A stretch of 64,000 bases of DNA from positions 724,979 to 788,978 of the forward strand of contig QPGO01000008.1 in the NCBI GenBank assembly GCA_008632985.1, read 5' to 3'. Positions 1-11,755 of this stretch are shown piece by piece. The notes beneath the pieces were generated by a model that ran no database searches, had not been told where the DNA came from, and saw only the letters and a list, made by a program, of their open reading frames with translations. The position numbers and the translations under genes are program-made. Position 1 is the first letter of the stretch, and each line of letters starts with the position of its first letter. The stretch is from Psammoneis japonica (lineage: Eukaryota).

Positions 1-290
1 AGGATGAGAACCCATCAAGCAAGGGCACAGATTCCCAAGATGGGCCACGTGCGAACGAGCACGCTCCCCACTGCTCTGCGCGCGAAACACGATTGAGGTG
101 TCAAAAGGACCGGTTCGGACACCGGTTCTCATATTTTTCACGGAAGGAACTCTTTTTTCTCGATCCTCTTCCAACCAAAACGCCCCGATGCAAACATCGG
201 TCCCGGCGAACTTCCGTCAACATTGTCGTCATTAATTCATTCGTGCTGACTTCACAATGTTCCAAAAATATCCAAGAGAACGAAAACGAC

Positions 291-1227
291 ATGAAATCTG
301 TCCACGGTGGTACAAAGAATCCTTCACTTGTCAAGTCGCGGTTGGCAGGCGCAAACGCAGCATTTGCCAACCTCGCGATCTTGTTTTTCATTCTGGTCGT
401 GGCAGGAAATGAGTTTCGGTGGCTTTCTCGCGAGACAAGCCTACAATTCTGGACCGTTCTGCCTCTCATATTGCTCAAAATATGGATGTGCCATTGGCGA
501 CAATGGGACTGGTTTCTATGGTTGAAGCTCTTTTCCGTAATACCCTGTGCCGTTGTTGCTATCGACTTGTCTCGATTTGGAGACTGGGACCAGCAAATCA
601 TGCAGGTTGAATGGTTCACACTCCTTTCAATCAACATAATGGAGGCAGTCATCAAGGACCTTTGCTCGGACAATGCCAGAAGCATCTGGAGTCCAATGAA
701 TGCGTTTGTTGGAATTTTTCTGATACTCACAGAACTCTCAAGTCTACACACTATCCGCATCAGTGAGAACGAAACTCACGACTTTCTTTGGACTTTCGGA
801 ATTCCTTGGATACTTGGTAAGAGAACGAGGCGTATTGTTTTCAATCGGTGACATTCAGTACGTGCTTGCTGAACCATACCTTACTCCGCTCGCGACTCCG
901 TGAACAGCTTACACCATCTGGAACTGGACTCTAGTCTATAACAACTACCCTTACGCCATCGGGCGCCATACAGCGCTGTTGCTCGCACCGGTCGTTTTAA
1001 GTCTGAATCATGGATGGGACGTGTGGTTTGAAACAAGGGTGTACACGTTAGCATTTTACGCCTTGCTTCGGAGTACATTCTACTATCGCTTTCGCCAGCT
1101 GATGGACGTGTCTGACCCTTTCCCATCTAGGCAGAGCAAACGCAATATCCAAGCCCTCGTCTTTTGTTGCAATTTGATTTTGTTGAGCGCTCTAATCGTC
1201 ACGAAAGGTTGGCAGTATCGTAGCTAA
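291..1227 (+). CDS. Multi-pass membrane protein, DUF5692-like; 2 exons (291-816, 908-1227)
   Basis: GTAAG...CAG intron 817-907 joins the two ORFs in frame to give WILAYTIWNWTLVY. NIMEA and WFETRVYTL motifs resemble DUF5692. Hydrophobic segments. Confidence 0.7.
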
Positions 1228-1699
1228 TCTGTTTCTGATGGCGACAATTCCTTTGATCAAATGCTGAACGGATCCTCGTTTCAAGCATGGGAGTTAAAGA
1301 ACCCAATGTTAGGATAGTAAAGGACCCAGAATGCAATGTTGCTTCATGCTGCAGCCTCGTCTATCAGTGTTAACTAATTAAAGTATAGGTGTGCACGACC
1401 AAAATAGCAAGCGTCGTTTAGCGTTGTGAAGCTCCCGGCGTTGAACTTCCATGCCGGTCGATGGCTGCCAACCCTTGGTAACCACGGGAGAGTTTGAGGA
1501 CAAAACAACTTTGGAAAAGGTGGCACCTTGACTTTCTTGAACTCTTCATCACGGTGAAGCAGCCAACTAGATTGTTGGTCCTGGGCCACTCGATCTTTGA
1601 TTCTCTTCCAAAAAAAAAGGGTGTCAATCATGTCTTGCAGTCTTTGTTTGTCACTGTGCTTGCCAGCAGTTAGTTTTACATGAAAAATTGACTGACAAA

Positions 1700-2962
1700 A
1701 CCTGCAAAACACTGAACCTCAGGAGATTGTCTCAATTTGCTGAGGTGGCCAGATGATCACAAACACCATCAGCTGACTGTCAGCCAATTGCTGTCAACTC
1801 TCTCTCTCAGGTCCTGCAAGTGCCACATGCAACACTGTCAGATGACAACAGCCACACCACTCCTCCATCTTCCATGCCACTCACCCAAAGTGCAAAACAC
1901 AACAGCCACAGGTCTGAACTTGTGAGCATTTGCAAAGTGCAGTGAACAAACACAATTCTGATAAAATGTCCGCACCGCAACAAACCTGTGTCAAGATTCC
2001 TGGTGCACAAGACAATCCCTTCAATGCCAGATTTCGTTTTTGAGACAACAGCACCAGCCTGGCAGGGCTGGAGGGGAGCAGGCATTGCCATTTCTTGATC
2101 TGACACAACTTGATGAGCCACATGCCTGTTGCTGCTTGACAAGATGCCACCACAGGTCAGTTTCATCCCAGAAGATGCAATTGTCTCTTTTTGTGGTAAA
2201 TTCCTTGTGTGTGAGTGGCAGTGGTGCCAAATTGTTGATGACCCTTTGGGGAGTGCTGCAAGACAAGCCATCAAAGCACTCCTCAACACCACAGCAAAGA
2301 GCTGCAAGAGAACTGTTGCAAGGATCCCTTGACAAGCTGTCAGAGGCAGAGCCAGAACATGGGAAAAGAGCTGGCAAAATGCAGCCACTTTTGGAGCCGG
2401 TTGACGAGTGCAACAAACCCTCTCACAAAAACTTCTGAGATAAAATTCATTTGAAAAGGGAATGAAGCACCACAAAAAACCCTCAAATCCAAACTTGTGA
2501 GCTGTTGAGCATTTTTCAGTGGTTGCAAGGAGATCACTCATGATTCCTTCATCAGAACCAGTGGACCACAAAATGCAAACATCTGGGTTGCTGGCATGCC
2601 CAAAGTCAACTGGCGGCTTCAACCTGGGGAAAATTTGTTTGTGCAAAACAGTTTGCTGGCTCAATTGGCCACTGCAAGAATGAGGACATCAATTGTGTGC
2701 TGGAGTCCATTGACAAGAGCTTTCTTTTCATGGGTGATGAGAAATTGCTGGTCCAAATTGTGGTGCAAAACCTGGCCAATCAACTTTGCTTTGCACTCAG
2801 CTCACCTTGCATCATGAGTCATCAACAACATTGTGAACATTCTCCTGTCAATGGAAAATCAACAGGAGTGCTTTGAAGTGACACCAGAGCCCATTTTTGG
2901 GACATCTGACAGCAGTGTGATCAGGACAAGATGTGACACATTGCCAGGAAACTAAGTTTGGG
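1700..2962. mobile_element. Unclassified, highly degenerate transposon relic (left part of the sequence hit by the Gypsy insertion)
   Basis: TpA- and CpG-depleted. Only Tyr-free Cys/His-rich fragmentary ORFs. Lies directly outside the Gypsy 5' LTR. Confidence 0.45.
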
Positions 2963-2966
2963 TCAG

Positions 2967-3466
2967 GTGCAGCATGCAATGCTGACTGCTGGCAGATGCT
3001 GCATCCCCCATGACATCAAATTTTCAAAGTGAAGCCAGAGTCCAGGGGAAGTGCACACTGCAATTGCCCACACAAGCTTGCACTCACTCCAGTGAGTGGG
3101 AGCATTGGCACAATTGATGGTGTCAATTGTGAGTGATCCATGCAGAGAGGTTGTGCAGCAACTGACCATCAATGTGATGCCTTGGATGCATGAAGACTGT
3201 GTGTGTGAGGCATGTGCTGTGCAGTGCTCATCAAGTCCCAAGCTGAAATTGAAGCAATGCTTTTCATTCATGGATGAACACACTCACACATTTGCATGAA
3301 GAAGTGAGTGTGCAGCTTCCAAATGACCAAAGACATTTCTTGGCCAAATGAGCCAACTCAGAAACATTCTCACAGTTCTTGCAGTCAGCTCTGCAACCCA
3401 TCAACCCACACCCAATTTCAACCACCTGCTTGACACATGAGGCACAGTGTGACATTGCTCCAGCAC
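2967..3466 (+). repeat. Gypsy 5' LTR (approximate)
   Basis: Aligns along its length with 14308-14802, e.g. ATGCCTTGGATGCATGAAGACTG in both. Confidence 0.75.
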
Positions 3467-6400
3467 AAGTGTGTGTCAAGAAAATTTCTTGTGAGACAAC
3501 ACATGCCCCCAATGACAACACATGGTTGTTCAGACACAACCAGCCCTGTGATCACAAAAAAGAGGGTTGTTCCTCCTGTTCCCCTGCAGGAGCATCCTCC
3601 AAAGAAAGAGCTGACTAAAGGCAAGCACCAAAGGCACGAGCTGCACAACATGCCCAATCACAAAAACTGAAAACTGTCCAGTGTGCAAGTTGAGCATGCC
3701 ATGCTTCAGAACTGGAATGTGCAAAGAGTGGTTGCTCCATGCCGCCCACAACTCCAAGCAAAGTCATTCTTGGAAAAACATCATGACCAGGCTGGAAAAG
3801 TGCTTGTTGGCTCACATGCTCTCAGAGGGCAATGCTGTCACAATGTTCAACAACAAAGCATTCAAATGCACACTGCTGAAACAAGTGCCAATTGTGCTGA
3901 GTGCATGATGAAGGCAGTCACAGCAAGCATCTTCCCCATGTGATGACGGCGGCACTTCTTCAAAAATGTTGCTCAAGGTGTTTTGTGCAAAAGCCTCCAA
4001 GATGAAGATTCTGCACTGTGTCATGAGTCATGAGGGCAGCTGAGATCAATGGCTGCTCAAAGGATTTCCCTCCTGTTGCAGAAGGCAGGGATGATCTGAC
4101 ATTGTTGCCAGGTGATGAGCTTGTTGATTTGTTTGAGTGTGGAGTTTTCCAAGTGCATGGCAAAAGCACATGGTCCTGCTCCGTAACTTTGATCCACACT
4201 TGCTCTCACACACTTGCAGAGCTCATTTCATTTTGCAAACAGAATGAGCAAGTTGAAGCCACTGAAGGCAGATTTCTAAAGATGGCTTCTTCTTCAAAAA
4301 CCAATGTGCCAAAAAAGAAAGAAGTGGGGCAAAGGCAAGGATGACCCAGAGCTGCTTGTTGTGGGTCACAAGTGCAGCTCAAAATCATGCCCATTGCACA
4401 GCAAGAATTGTGGCCATTCAACAAATGATTGTCAATCTTTGCAGCATCAAGTCAAATGCACAAAGACTTCACATCCATCTGGGGCCAAAAAGAAAAACAA
4501 TCAAGAGGAGCTGAGTGCCATCATCAACCAGGCAGAGCTGAGAGAAAACACACAAAAGCCCAAGCACACCAAGATTCAAGACAAAAAAATCAAATCAATT
4601 CAAGCCACTGTTGCTTTTGAAGATTCTGATGATGAAGACAAAGGGCACCATGTGGTCTGAGAAGGAGGCCAGCACAACACCTCCAAAAGTTTGGCAGTTG
4701 TTTGAACAAATGTCTTGACACTGCACTTCAATTCCCTGGAAGTCATGCTGCAGGCCAACCCAGAAAATGGCAAAAACTCAAACAGCACATTGTGCCAACA
4801 TTGTTTGCTGCCTTGAAAACCAGCTGCACATGACAAAGGCAACAAAAGTTCAAAAAAGAATTGCTTGACAGTGGAGTGAGTGGCATGCCAGTTGATGCTC
4901 GCCACTGTGCAAAACTCCAACAGAGAAGTTCAGCCTCATTGAAAGCTGGAAAACTGTTGCAGGAGCACTCAAGACCAACCAATGTTGTCTTGTTTGCTTG
5001 GGTGAGCTTCCAGAGATGTCTGAGATGGCTGCTGTTGAATCCAAAGTCCATGCGGACAGGGGCAAATTGGGTGTTTGTGCGACACAAAAGTTGGCCAAGA
5101 CACCCTGGAAAATCTGGGCATTGATCTGGCATTTTTTCATCAGACCACATTGAATGGCCTCAAGCAAATGGGGAGATTCCATCACAACACCCAGATGTTG
5201 CATCCAATGACTCTTTTTGTGCAAGGAATCAACACTGTCAAACAGTGACAGTGAGAGAATCTTGGCCACTGAAAGTTTTGGCAACTTCAACAGGAAAAAC
5301 TGCTTTAGACTCTAAAAGAATGTGAGTTGTTGTTTGATGGCACACCGGGCAAGTGGAAAAGTGATCCTTGCCACATCCAGTCAAGTGCCAAACCACACTG
5401 TGCAAGACTGCAAAAAGTGCTGCACTTCTGCAAGCAGGTGCTGAAAGAAGATGAGGTGAAGCACCCTCCATGCAAGATCAGCACATTGAAGAGGGCAAGC
5501 TGCTCAGAGCAGGTGACACCATTGTTTGTTGTCCCAAAAAAGATCAAACAGCGCAGCTTGTCAACAACTTTTGTGAGCCAACAAACAAGAGAACAAAGCA
5601 GATCCCTTGCCCCTCCCACACATTCAGAGCTGCTCTTGAAACTTGAGGGTTTTCAGTGGAAAATGTTGCTTGATCTGAGTGCTGGCTGCCACCACATGAA
5701 GCATGGCACAGCATTTTGAAAGCTTTGCTCCTCAATTTTTCCATGGGAAAAATGTGAAATGCGGCAATGCCTGCCAACACATTTTTCAAGAGAAAATGTC
5801 TGTTTTTTTTTAGGATTTGTCATTTGTGCACATGTGCATGGATGACCTGCCAGTCATCACAAAAACACATTGGATGATGACCATCCCAAGAAGAAGTTGC
5901 GCACTGTGCTCAAGAGTCTAAAGGATGCTGGACTTGGAGTCAATGCCTCAAAGTGGTTGCCATTCTCTCAAGTGCACTCTCAGAGCATCTCTCAGAAATG
6001 AGGTCACTGGTGAAAACATTTCACCCTTGAGGAAAAAGGTTGAGAGGCCACAGAGCACATTGCCAAGCCAAAGACCAAGAAAAACTTTTGTCATTTGTTG
6101 GCATGGTGAACTGCCACTGCCAAGATCCATGGTTGCACACAGATCAGATGTTTCAGCGGCCCTTGCAAGACTTGCAGCAGGCAGGACCTCCAAGCGGGAG
6201 CAAACTTCCATTGAAAAGAAAGCACTCCAAACCATCAATCAAGTGATGTCAAAGGACACACTTCTTGTGCATCTTCATTTTGACAAGCTGTTCAAACTCA
6301 TGCTGATGCATCCAAATGTCAACTTGGAGAGCAGTGACATCTCAAGACAGCAAACCCACTGCACTTGCCTTTGCAGCAGGAAGCTTGACAATCCTCAACC

Positions 6401-6836
6401 AAAATTTTGCACAGCAATGAAACAAGAGTTGCCTGCGGCCATCAAGACTCTGAAAGAGCTCAGCAGGTCTGCTCTCCTTGGTCATTGCATTGTTGCATCT
6501 CTGATGGTCATAAAAACCTTGTGCACAAAGCACTCAACACCAAATGTGTCCATGTCAAAAGCTGCCACAATTTGGTTGCAGACCATTTCAGTGATCTCTC
6601 AACCTTGAACCTGTGTGGTCCAATGATTGCCAAAACATCCAAAGTGTGTGTCCTCTGCATGAGGAGGCCTTCATGAACAAAAGCAAAGGTGATCATGATG
6701 GATCCTGCTGGTTTCAAGAAAATCCAACACAAACAGCAGAAGGATGAGCACCTGTCTCAATGCTGGCATTTTGCACAGCTGCTCCATGCACTCAATTTGT
6801 GAGGGAGAAACATCTGACAGACAGTTGATTTGTTGT

Positions 6837-7081
6837 TGACAGAAAATGAAGATGACTGGGTGGAAGAAAACAATGACTCCTTGCTGCTGTCTAAATGGCA
6901 GATGAGTCTCCATGCAGAGACCGTTGCAGGAGTCAAAAGACTGGTGTCGTGATGTCGACACTGCTGTTGTTGTTCTTGTGAGCCAAGTGGCTCGAAAGCA
7001 AACTGCATCGCGCGATGTGCGCGGAACTAAGAGCACACACAATCATGTGTGACAAACTAAAATCTTGCTCAAATCCTGTCA
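6837..7081 (-). repeat. Copia-1 3' LTR (245 bp)
   Basis: Matches 11507-11755 with 23 substitutions and one 4-bp indel. Confidence 0.95.
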
Positions 7082-8217
7082 CTCCCCAGTTTGCTTGAGG
7101 GGTCAACAATGACAGATTCGAAGTCGGATTGGTTGAAAGCCTCGGGATCGAAGTTCCAAAACATTAGAGGACAAAGGAGGTTCCAGATTTGGCAGCAACC
7201 CCAATGCTTGCTGAGGATGTCAGCCGGGTTGCGGGAGCCTTCGACAAAATGAAACTCAAGGAAACTGGAGGCAATCACCTCACGCACACGATGGAACGAG
7301 AGGGCGGTGTGTCGCTTGTGTAACTTGGAGTGCGGGATGGCAGCACTGTCCACAACCGACTTGTTGTTTTCCAGGAAGATCATCATTCGCAGGCCACAGA
7401 GAGACACTGCTCCGGAACAGACACTGTCAACGGGCATGTCTGTGAGGTGTCCATCGGCAACAAGCCTTGCTTTGTGCCATCCGTCATGTTTGATTCGGAC
7501 GTGATCTCCCCATTCTCCCATTCAAGCATGATGTTGCAGCTTGAGCCTTTCCAAGAGGGATCATGGGGTGGCAATGGTCCTTCGTGCGATGCGGTGCATC
7601 GGAACTTCCAGAGGGTGGTGTCCTCGTCTTCTTGCTCAATGTGGTGCATGATGTCATTGCAGGCCAGGACTTCCTCATGTTTGTCATTGTTGATGGAGCA
7701 AATGAACTTGACCAGTTCAGGATTGTCTCCAATTTTCCAGTCATGGTCCTCAACGACTTTGATGATGCGGGCTCTGTGGCATTGTCCATCCTCTTGTGGC
7801 TTCATGAGGAAGGTGCATCCTGTGATGTCCTCGGGGTCAAAGACCAGCATTTTGGGCATCCTGATTGCCTCCCCATCTGGTGAAGCTGGCAAATCCTTGG
7901 AGTTGTGGTGGGATTTAATGACAGGTTCAGCAGATTTCTTGTCAGGAGGATCAAGATGCAGGTTTGGAGCAGACGGATCACGGGCGGAGTGCACATTGGA
8001 ATGGCAGAGAATCTTCTGAGTGTTGTCAGAAAGAATCTTGAATGTCATTTGGTGACCAACGTGCTTGGCGATGTGCGGGAGGCCGGCTTTAATGTCGATG
8101 GGAATGACGCATCCATCAACAGTGGTGATGCGCTGCAGACCGTTGGGGACCTTGATGGACCGATCGTTGACATTGTGTTTGTGCACCACTTGAGCTGGCC
8201 GCAAGAGTGTGTCATCT

Positions 8218-8548
8218 CAATGGGAATCATTTGGGTCCTGAGAGTCATCACGTAGAAATTGTGCAGGAGAGTCCAAAAAACAATTGTCATCAGTCTGTCC
8301 ATCCGTCCGTGTGCGAATGTCAACTTCTCGGGAAATCAATTGAAATGCCATCTGATTGACGGCATTTTGATTCACATGGTGAAGGCCAATGCCATCAATC
8401 AGATGGCATTTCAATTCAGTTCCCGAAAAGTCATTGGCTCTGATCACTCTCTCGCATGACATTGTGCACATTTCCACATGATTTTGTGTTTTTCCTTGTG
8501 TGAAAGATCAATTGTGACCCACGCGACATTTTCGAATGATTCCTGTTG
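8218..8548. mobile_element. MITE-like insertion in Copia-1 pol, with an internal long hairpin
   Basis: Interrupts the ILHQ-A-TGKG / THSCGQL motif. 16-bp terminal inverted repeats (CAATGGGAATCATTTG vs CAACAGGAATCATTCG). 43-bp inverted arms at 8324-8366 and 8388-8430. TSD not resolved. Confidence 0.65.
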
Positions 8549-10133
8549 CCCCTTTCCAGTGCAGGCTCACTGGTGAAGGATGGCAATGGCAGGGCCGCGT
8601 TGTGTGTGGATGACACCACCGGCAGTGACAATGGGAATGTCTGCTGGTTGATGATCATTGACACCTTGGACGTCAACGTCATTGGGCTTTGCGTCGGAGC
8701 GGACGGAAGGTGCAGATCCGGGCGGTTTCTCACCAGAACGGGCAGAAGGAGGCTGTTCAGGTGCCAGGAGATGTTGCAAGTCGCCGGGTGGCAGGGGCTT
8801 GTGCCTGGTGAGATGAGCCAGAATGGGGTCAGCATCGGCTGCATCAGCTGCAGCGTCGGATTGTGCGAAGGCTGATGCAAGATCGCAAGTGTTGGCGGAC
8901 AAGTTGACACTGCATCACTGCCAATGTGGAGGTTGTGCAGGTTGACCACCGTCAAGTCATGGCAGTTGCCGGTGTGGGCGGTGTGCGAGCCAAGAATGGC
9001 AGCCTTGGTGGACTGGGGCAAGGTGTCCCAAATGCGCTGATGGTCCGGCGGGATGCGACGCCATTGTTCCTTGGTGAGGGAATTGCCACGAGTTTGTGCA
9101 GCACAAGCTTGGATGATGTCAACATCACTGTCGATGTCAAAGAACACATCGTCATCAGGGTCGTCGGGGACTGGGTCGTGTTCACAGATGGCACGGCACG
9201 GAGCGCGAGGAGCCATCTTGGGGGCGAACGTGCTGTCGTGCTGTGCTGCAGCAGAAAGCAGGAGTCCACAGTGCTCTTCGTAAGAGAGCCCCTTTCCATT
9301 CTGCGTGCAGAACTGATCGGCCTGATTCTTCATGGAACGGAGTTCTTCGATGGGATGAATGGCATTCTCAAGCATGACACATTTCTGGCCAGCAGAGAAA
9401 TGGTCCGCACCCGGGACAAGAGCTTCGTGCTTGCGAAGCTGGTCCTGCCAGTGAAGTGTGAAGGCATGAGTGGATCCTTTTCAGGTGCCACTGCCAAGGC
9501 GAGCAGTGGTGAGGTACGTGAGAAGGGTTGAGGACTCCAGGGATGCGTGAGTGGAAGTGAGGGTGCACTTGGAGAGGTCACAACAGACCACTTGAGCATC
9601 AGAGGAGCCAACATGTTGATGAACAAGTGCCTTGCCTTTGTCATTCTGCAAGATCCGTTCAAACACTGCGAACATGCACTTCTGTTGTTCATCAAACAGG
9701 GCCTTGTCCTCAGCTGCAGAGGGCTTGTACGTCGGGTTGAGAGTGCATGCGATGTCTTGGGAGTGGGCCTGTGCGATGACGGAGGTGTGCCATGTGTGCC
9801 ACTGTTTGTCGGACTTGAGGAGCGCGAAGGCAAGTGGGTCACGTTTGATGCCTCGTTTAAAGTCACACACAGGATCATGTGGTTTGGGTGGCAACAAGCC
9901 AGGAGTGGGAGCAGATGGTGCTGCACCCATGGAGAAGGACGCCACACACTCAGGACTGAGATGACAGTTGGTGAACTCCTCTTGTGTGAACAATTGAGGG
10001 TCATTGCCAACATCCGCGCCGCCGTGCGCTTTTGCCGCATGCAGGCTAATCAACGCAGCCATCTGTGCTTTGTGACCATGTGGCAAAGGCATTTGATTGG
10101 TGCCGTCATTGTGTGCAAGGGCATCCAATTGCA

Positions 10134-10532
10134 GACACGTTCCAGCTCTAGGTGGGACCTCGCACTGCTGCACTGTGACATCAATGGTTTTTTGGATCGC
10201 GTCGCATGTCGCACACGTGCATTTCTGTGTGTCACATTCTACGAAATTGTTTCACATTTTCCCTGTTTTGCGAAGCCAAAGGCTTTCTATTTTCAACAGT
10301 TGTGAGAATGAAAATGCATTGGGTGCATTCTTTAATGTCTGTAGAATGCACCTGGGCAAACTGTCATTGATGCACTCCAAGCATGAAGGAGGAGACACGT
10401 TCGTAAAATTGCCTCTTTTTCTGTTGGCGATCATTCACATTTTCATTGCAGTGTGAAATTACTGCAGAGCTCACACGCAGAATTCTGCGGGCCCAATGTC
10501 ACACGGAGTCCCACCTGGGGCTGGAACCTGTC
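10134..10532. mobile_element. MITE inserted in Copia-1 gag
   Basis: 25-bp TIRs (GACACGTTCCAGCTCTAGGTGGGAC vs GACAGGTTCCAGCCCCAGGTGGGAC) flanked by TGCA on both sides. Removing 403 bp puts gag ORFs 10499-10681 and 9481-10173 in one frame. Confidence 0.85.
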
Positions 10533-10744
10533 TGCATCGGAGCAAAAGTGAAAAGGTCCTGATGCAAATCGGTTCCATCAATGTTGAGGGCGGAGCGCAA
10601 TGGACTGTCTGCGGCTTGATTCAGAACAGTGCCTGGAATGTGCTCGAGGCCATCAATTTGCTGTTGCCTGGTGAGAGCCATGTTGCAACTGGGTGGATGT
10701 CGGAACTGGCAAGAATCAAAGTGTGGGCTTGAAATGACTTGAAA

Positions 10745-10787
10745 CTTGACTTGAATCTTGACTTGAATCTTGACTTGATGTCTTGAA
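10745..10787. repeat. Short tandem repeat (CTTGACTTGAAT x~3.5) in the Copia-1 leader
   Basis: Seen directly; 12-bp period. Confidence 0.8.
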
Positions 10788-11506
10788 CCATCTCAAGAGT
10801 CAGAAGCCGCCGGGCTGTGATGTCCCGTTCGCAGTTAAGTGCCAAGCTTCCCATCCAGTCTGCAGAGTTGTGCCGGCATGTCCGAACTCACAGCTGGCGA
10901 TGCTTTGGGTTGCTTGAGAGCAGAGTGACGGGTTAAAAACCCCTGCTGACAAGCCATCCAGAGGTGGACAAGACCTCCGAACCGTTCTTGTTTTATGTTG
11001 GTTGGACAACCTGATCAGGCCGGCCAAATTTGGCGCTGTGGATGGACGAACAAACGTGGGAAATGCACCCTCGCCCCAATGCAGGCTGCAATCACAAACT
11101 GCTTCCTCTCACAGTTGTCCTCGTGGACCTTGTGGGACTGTAGAAGACCAGCAATCTGGTGCAGATGCAAGGCGGTAGACTTGGCGTGCGTGGAGCAGAG
11201 CCAGACTCAGGGGTTTGTGTCGTGTGCACGTGGACGCAAGCGGATGGATTGGCAGGATCCACTGTGAGGAATCCAGAATCTCGGATGTCTGAGAATTTGG
11301 GAATTCCTGGCCAAACAAACATCCGTTGAACAAACACATCCAACGATGGGAGGCATTGGATAAATCCAAACATGTAGATTTAATCCAGCACCCAGCAGTG
11401 AAGAAGGCAGATGTGTGCTTCCACCACCAATGGTGCACGTTGTCGAAAAATTTCTCGATGACGATGATGAACGCTCAATGGATGATGAAGAGCAAGGCTG
11501 TCAATC

Positions 11507-11755
11507 TGACAGAAAATGAAGATGACTGGGTGGAAGAAAACAACAACTCCTTGCTGCTGTCTGAATGGCAGATGAGTCTCCGTGCAGAGACTGTTGCAGG
11601 AGCTGAAAGACTGGTGTCGTGACGTCGGCACTGCTGTTGTTGTTCTTGTGAGCTGAGTGGCTCAAAAGCAAACTACATCGCGCGCACGACGTGCGTGGAA
11701 CTGAGGGCACACACAATTGTGTGTGATGAACTAAAATCTTGTTCAAATCCTGTCA
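11507..11755 (-). repeat. Copia-1 5' LTR (249 bp)
   Basis: Matches 6837-7081. Flanked by the TSD GTTGT. Confidence 0.95.

Larger units (their letters stand above)
6837..11755 (-). mobile_element. Ty1/Copia (CoDi-like) LTR retrotransposon, internally deleted, inserted into Gypsy pol
   Basis: LTRs 6837-7081 and 11507-11755 with TGACAG...CTGTCA termini. Perfect 5-bp TSD GTTGT (6832-6836, 11756-11760). PPT GGGGAG next to the 3' LTR. gag starts at 10681 (FKRGIKRDP). RT KHDGWHKARLVADGHLT. RNase H KLHKRHTALSFHRVRE...NPADILSKHW. Confidence 0.95.

Noticed and set aside
1700..2962. Assigning the outer relic to a specific transposase family
   Set aside because: Only faint motif resemblance; not supportable without an HMM search.
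6837..11755. RNA editing or reverse-transcriptase error as the source of the A->G changes
   Set aside because: Changes occur on both strands, differ between the two LTRs of one insertion, and affect a TSD and MITEs.
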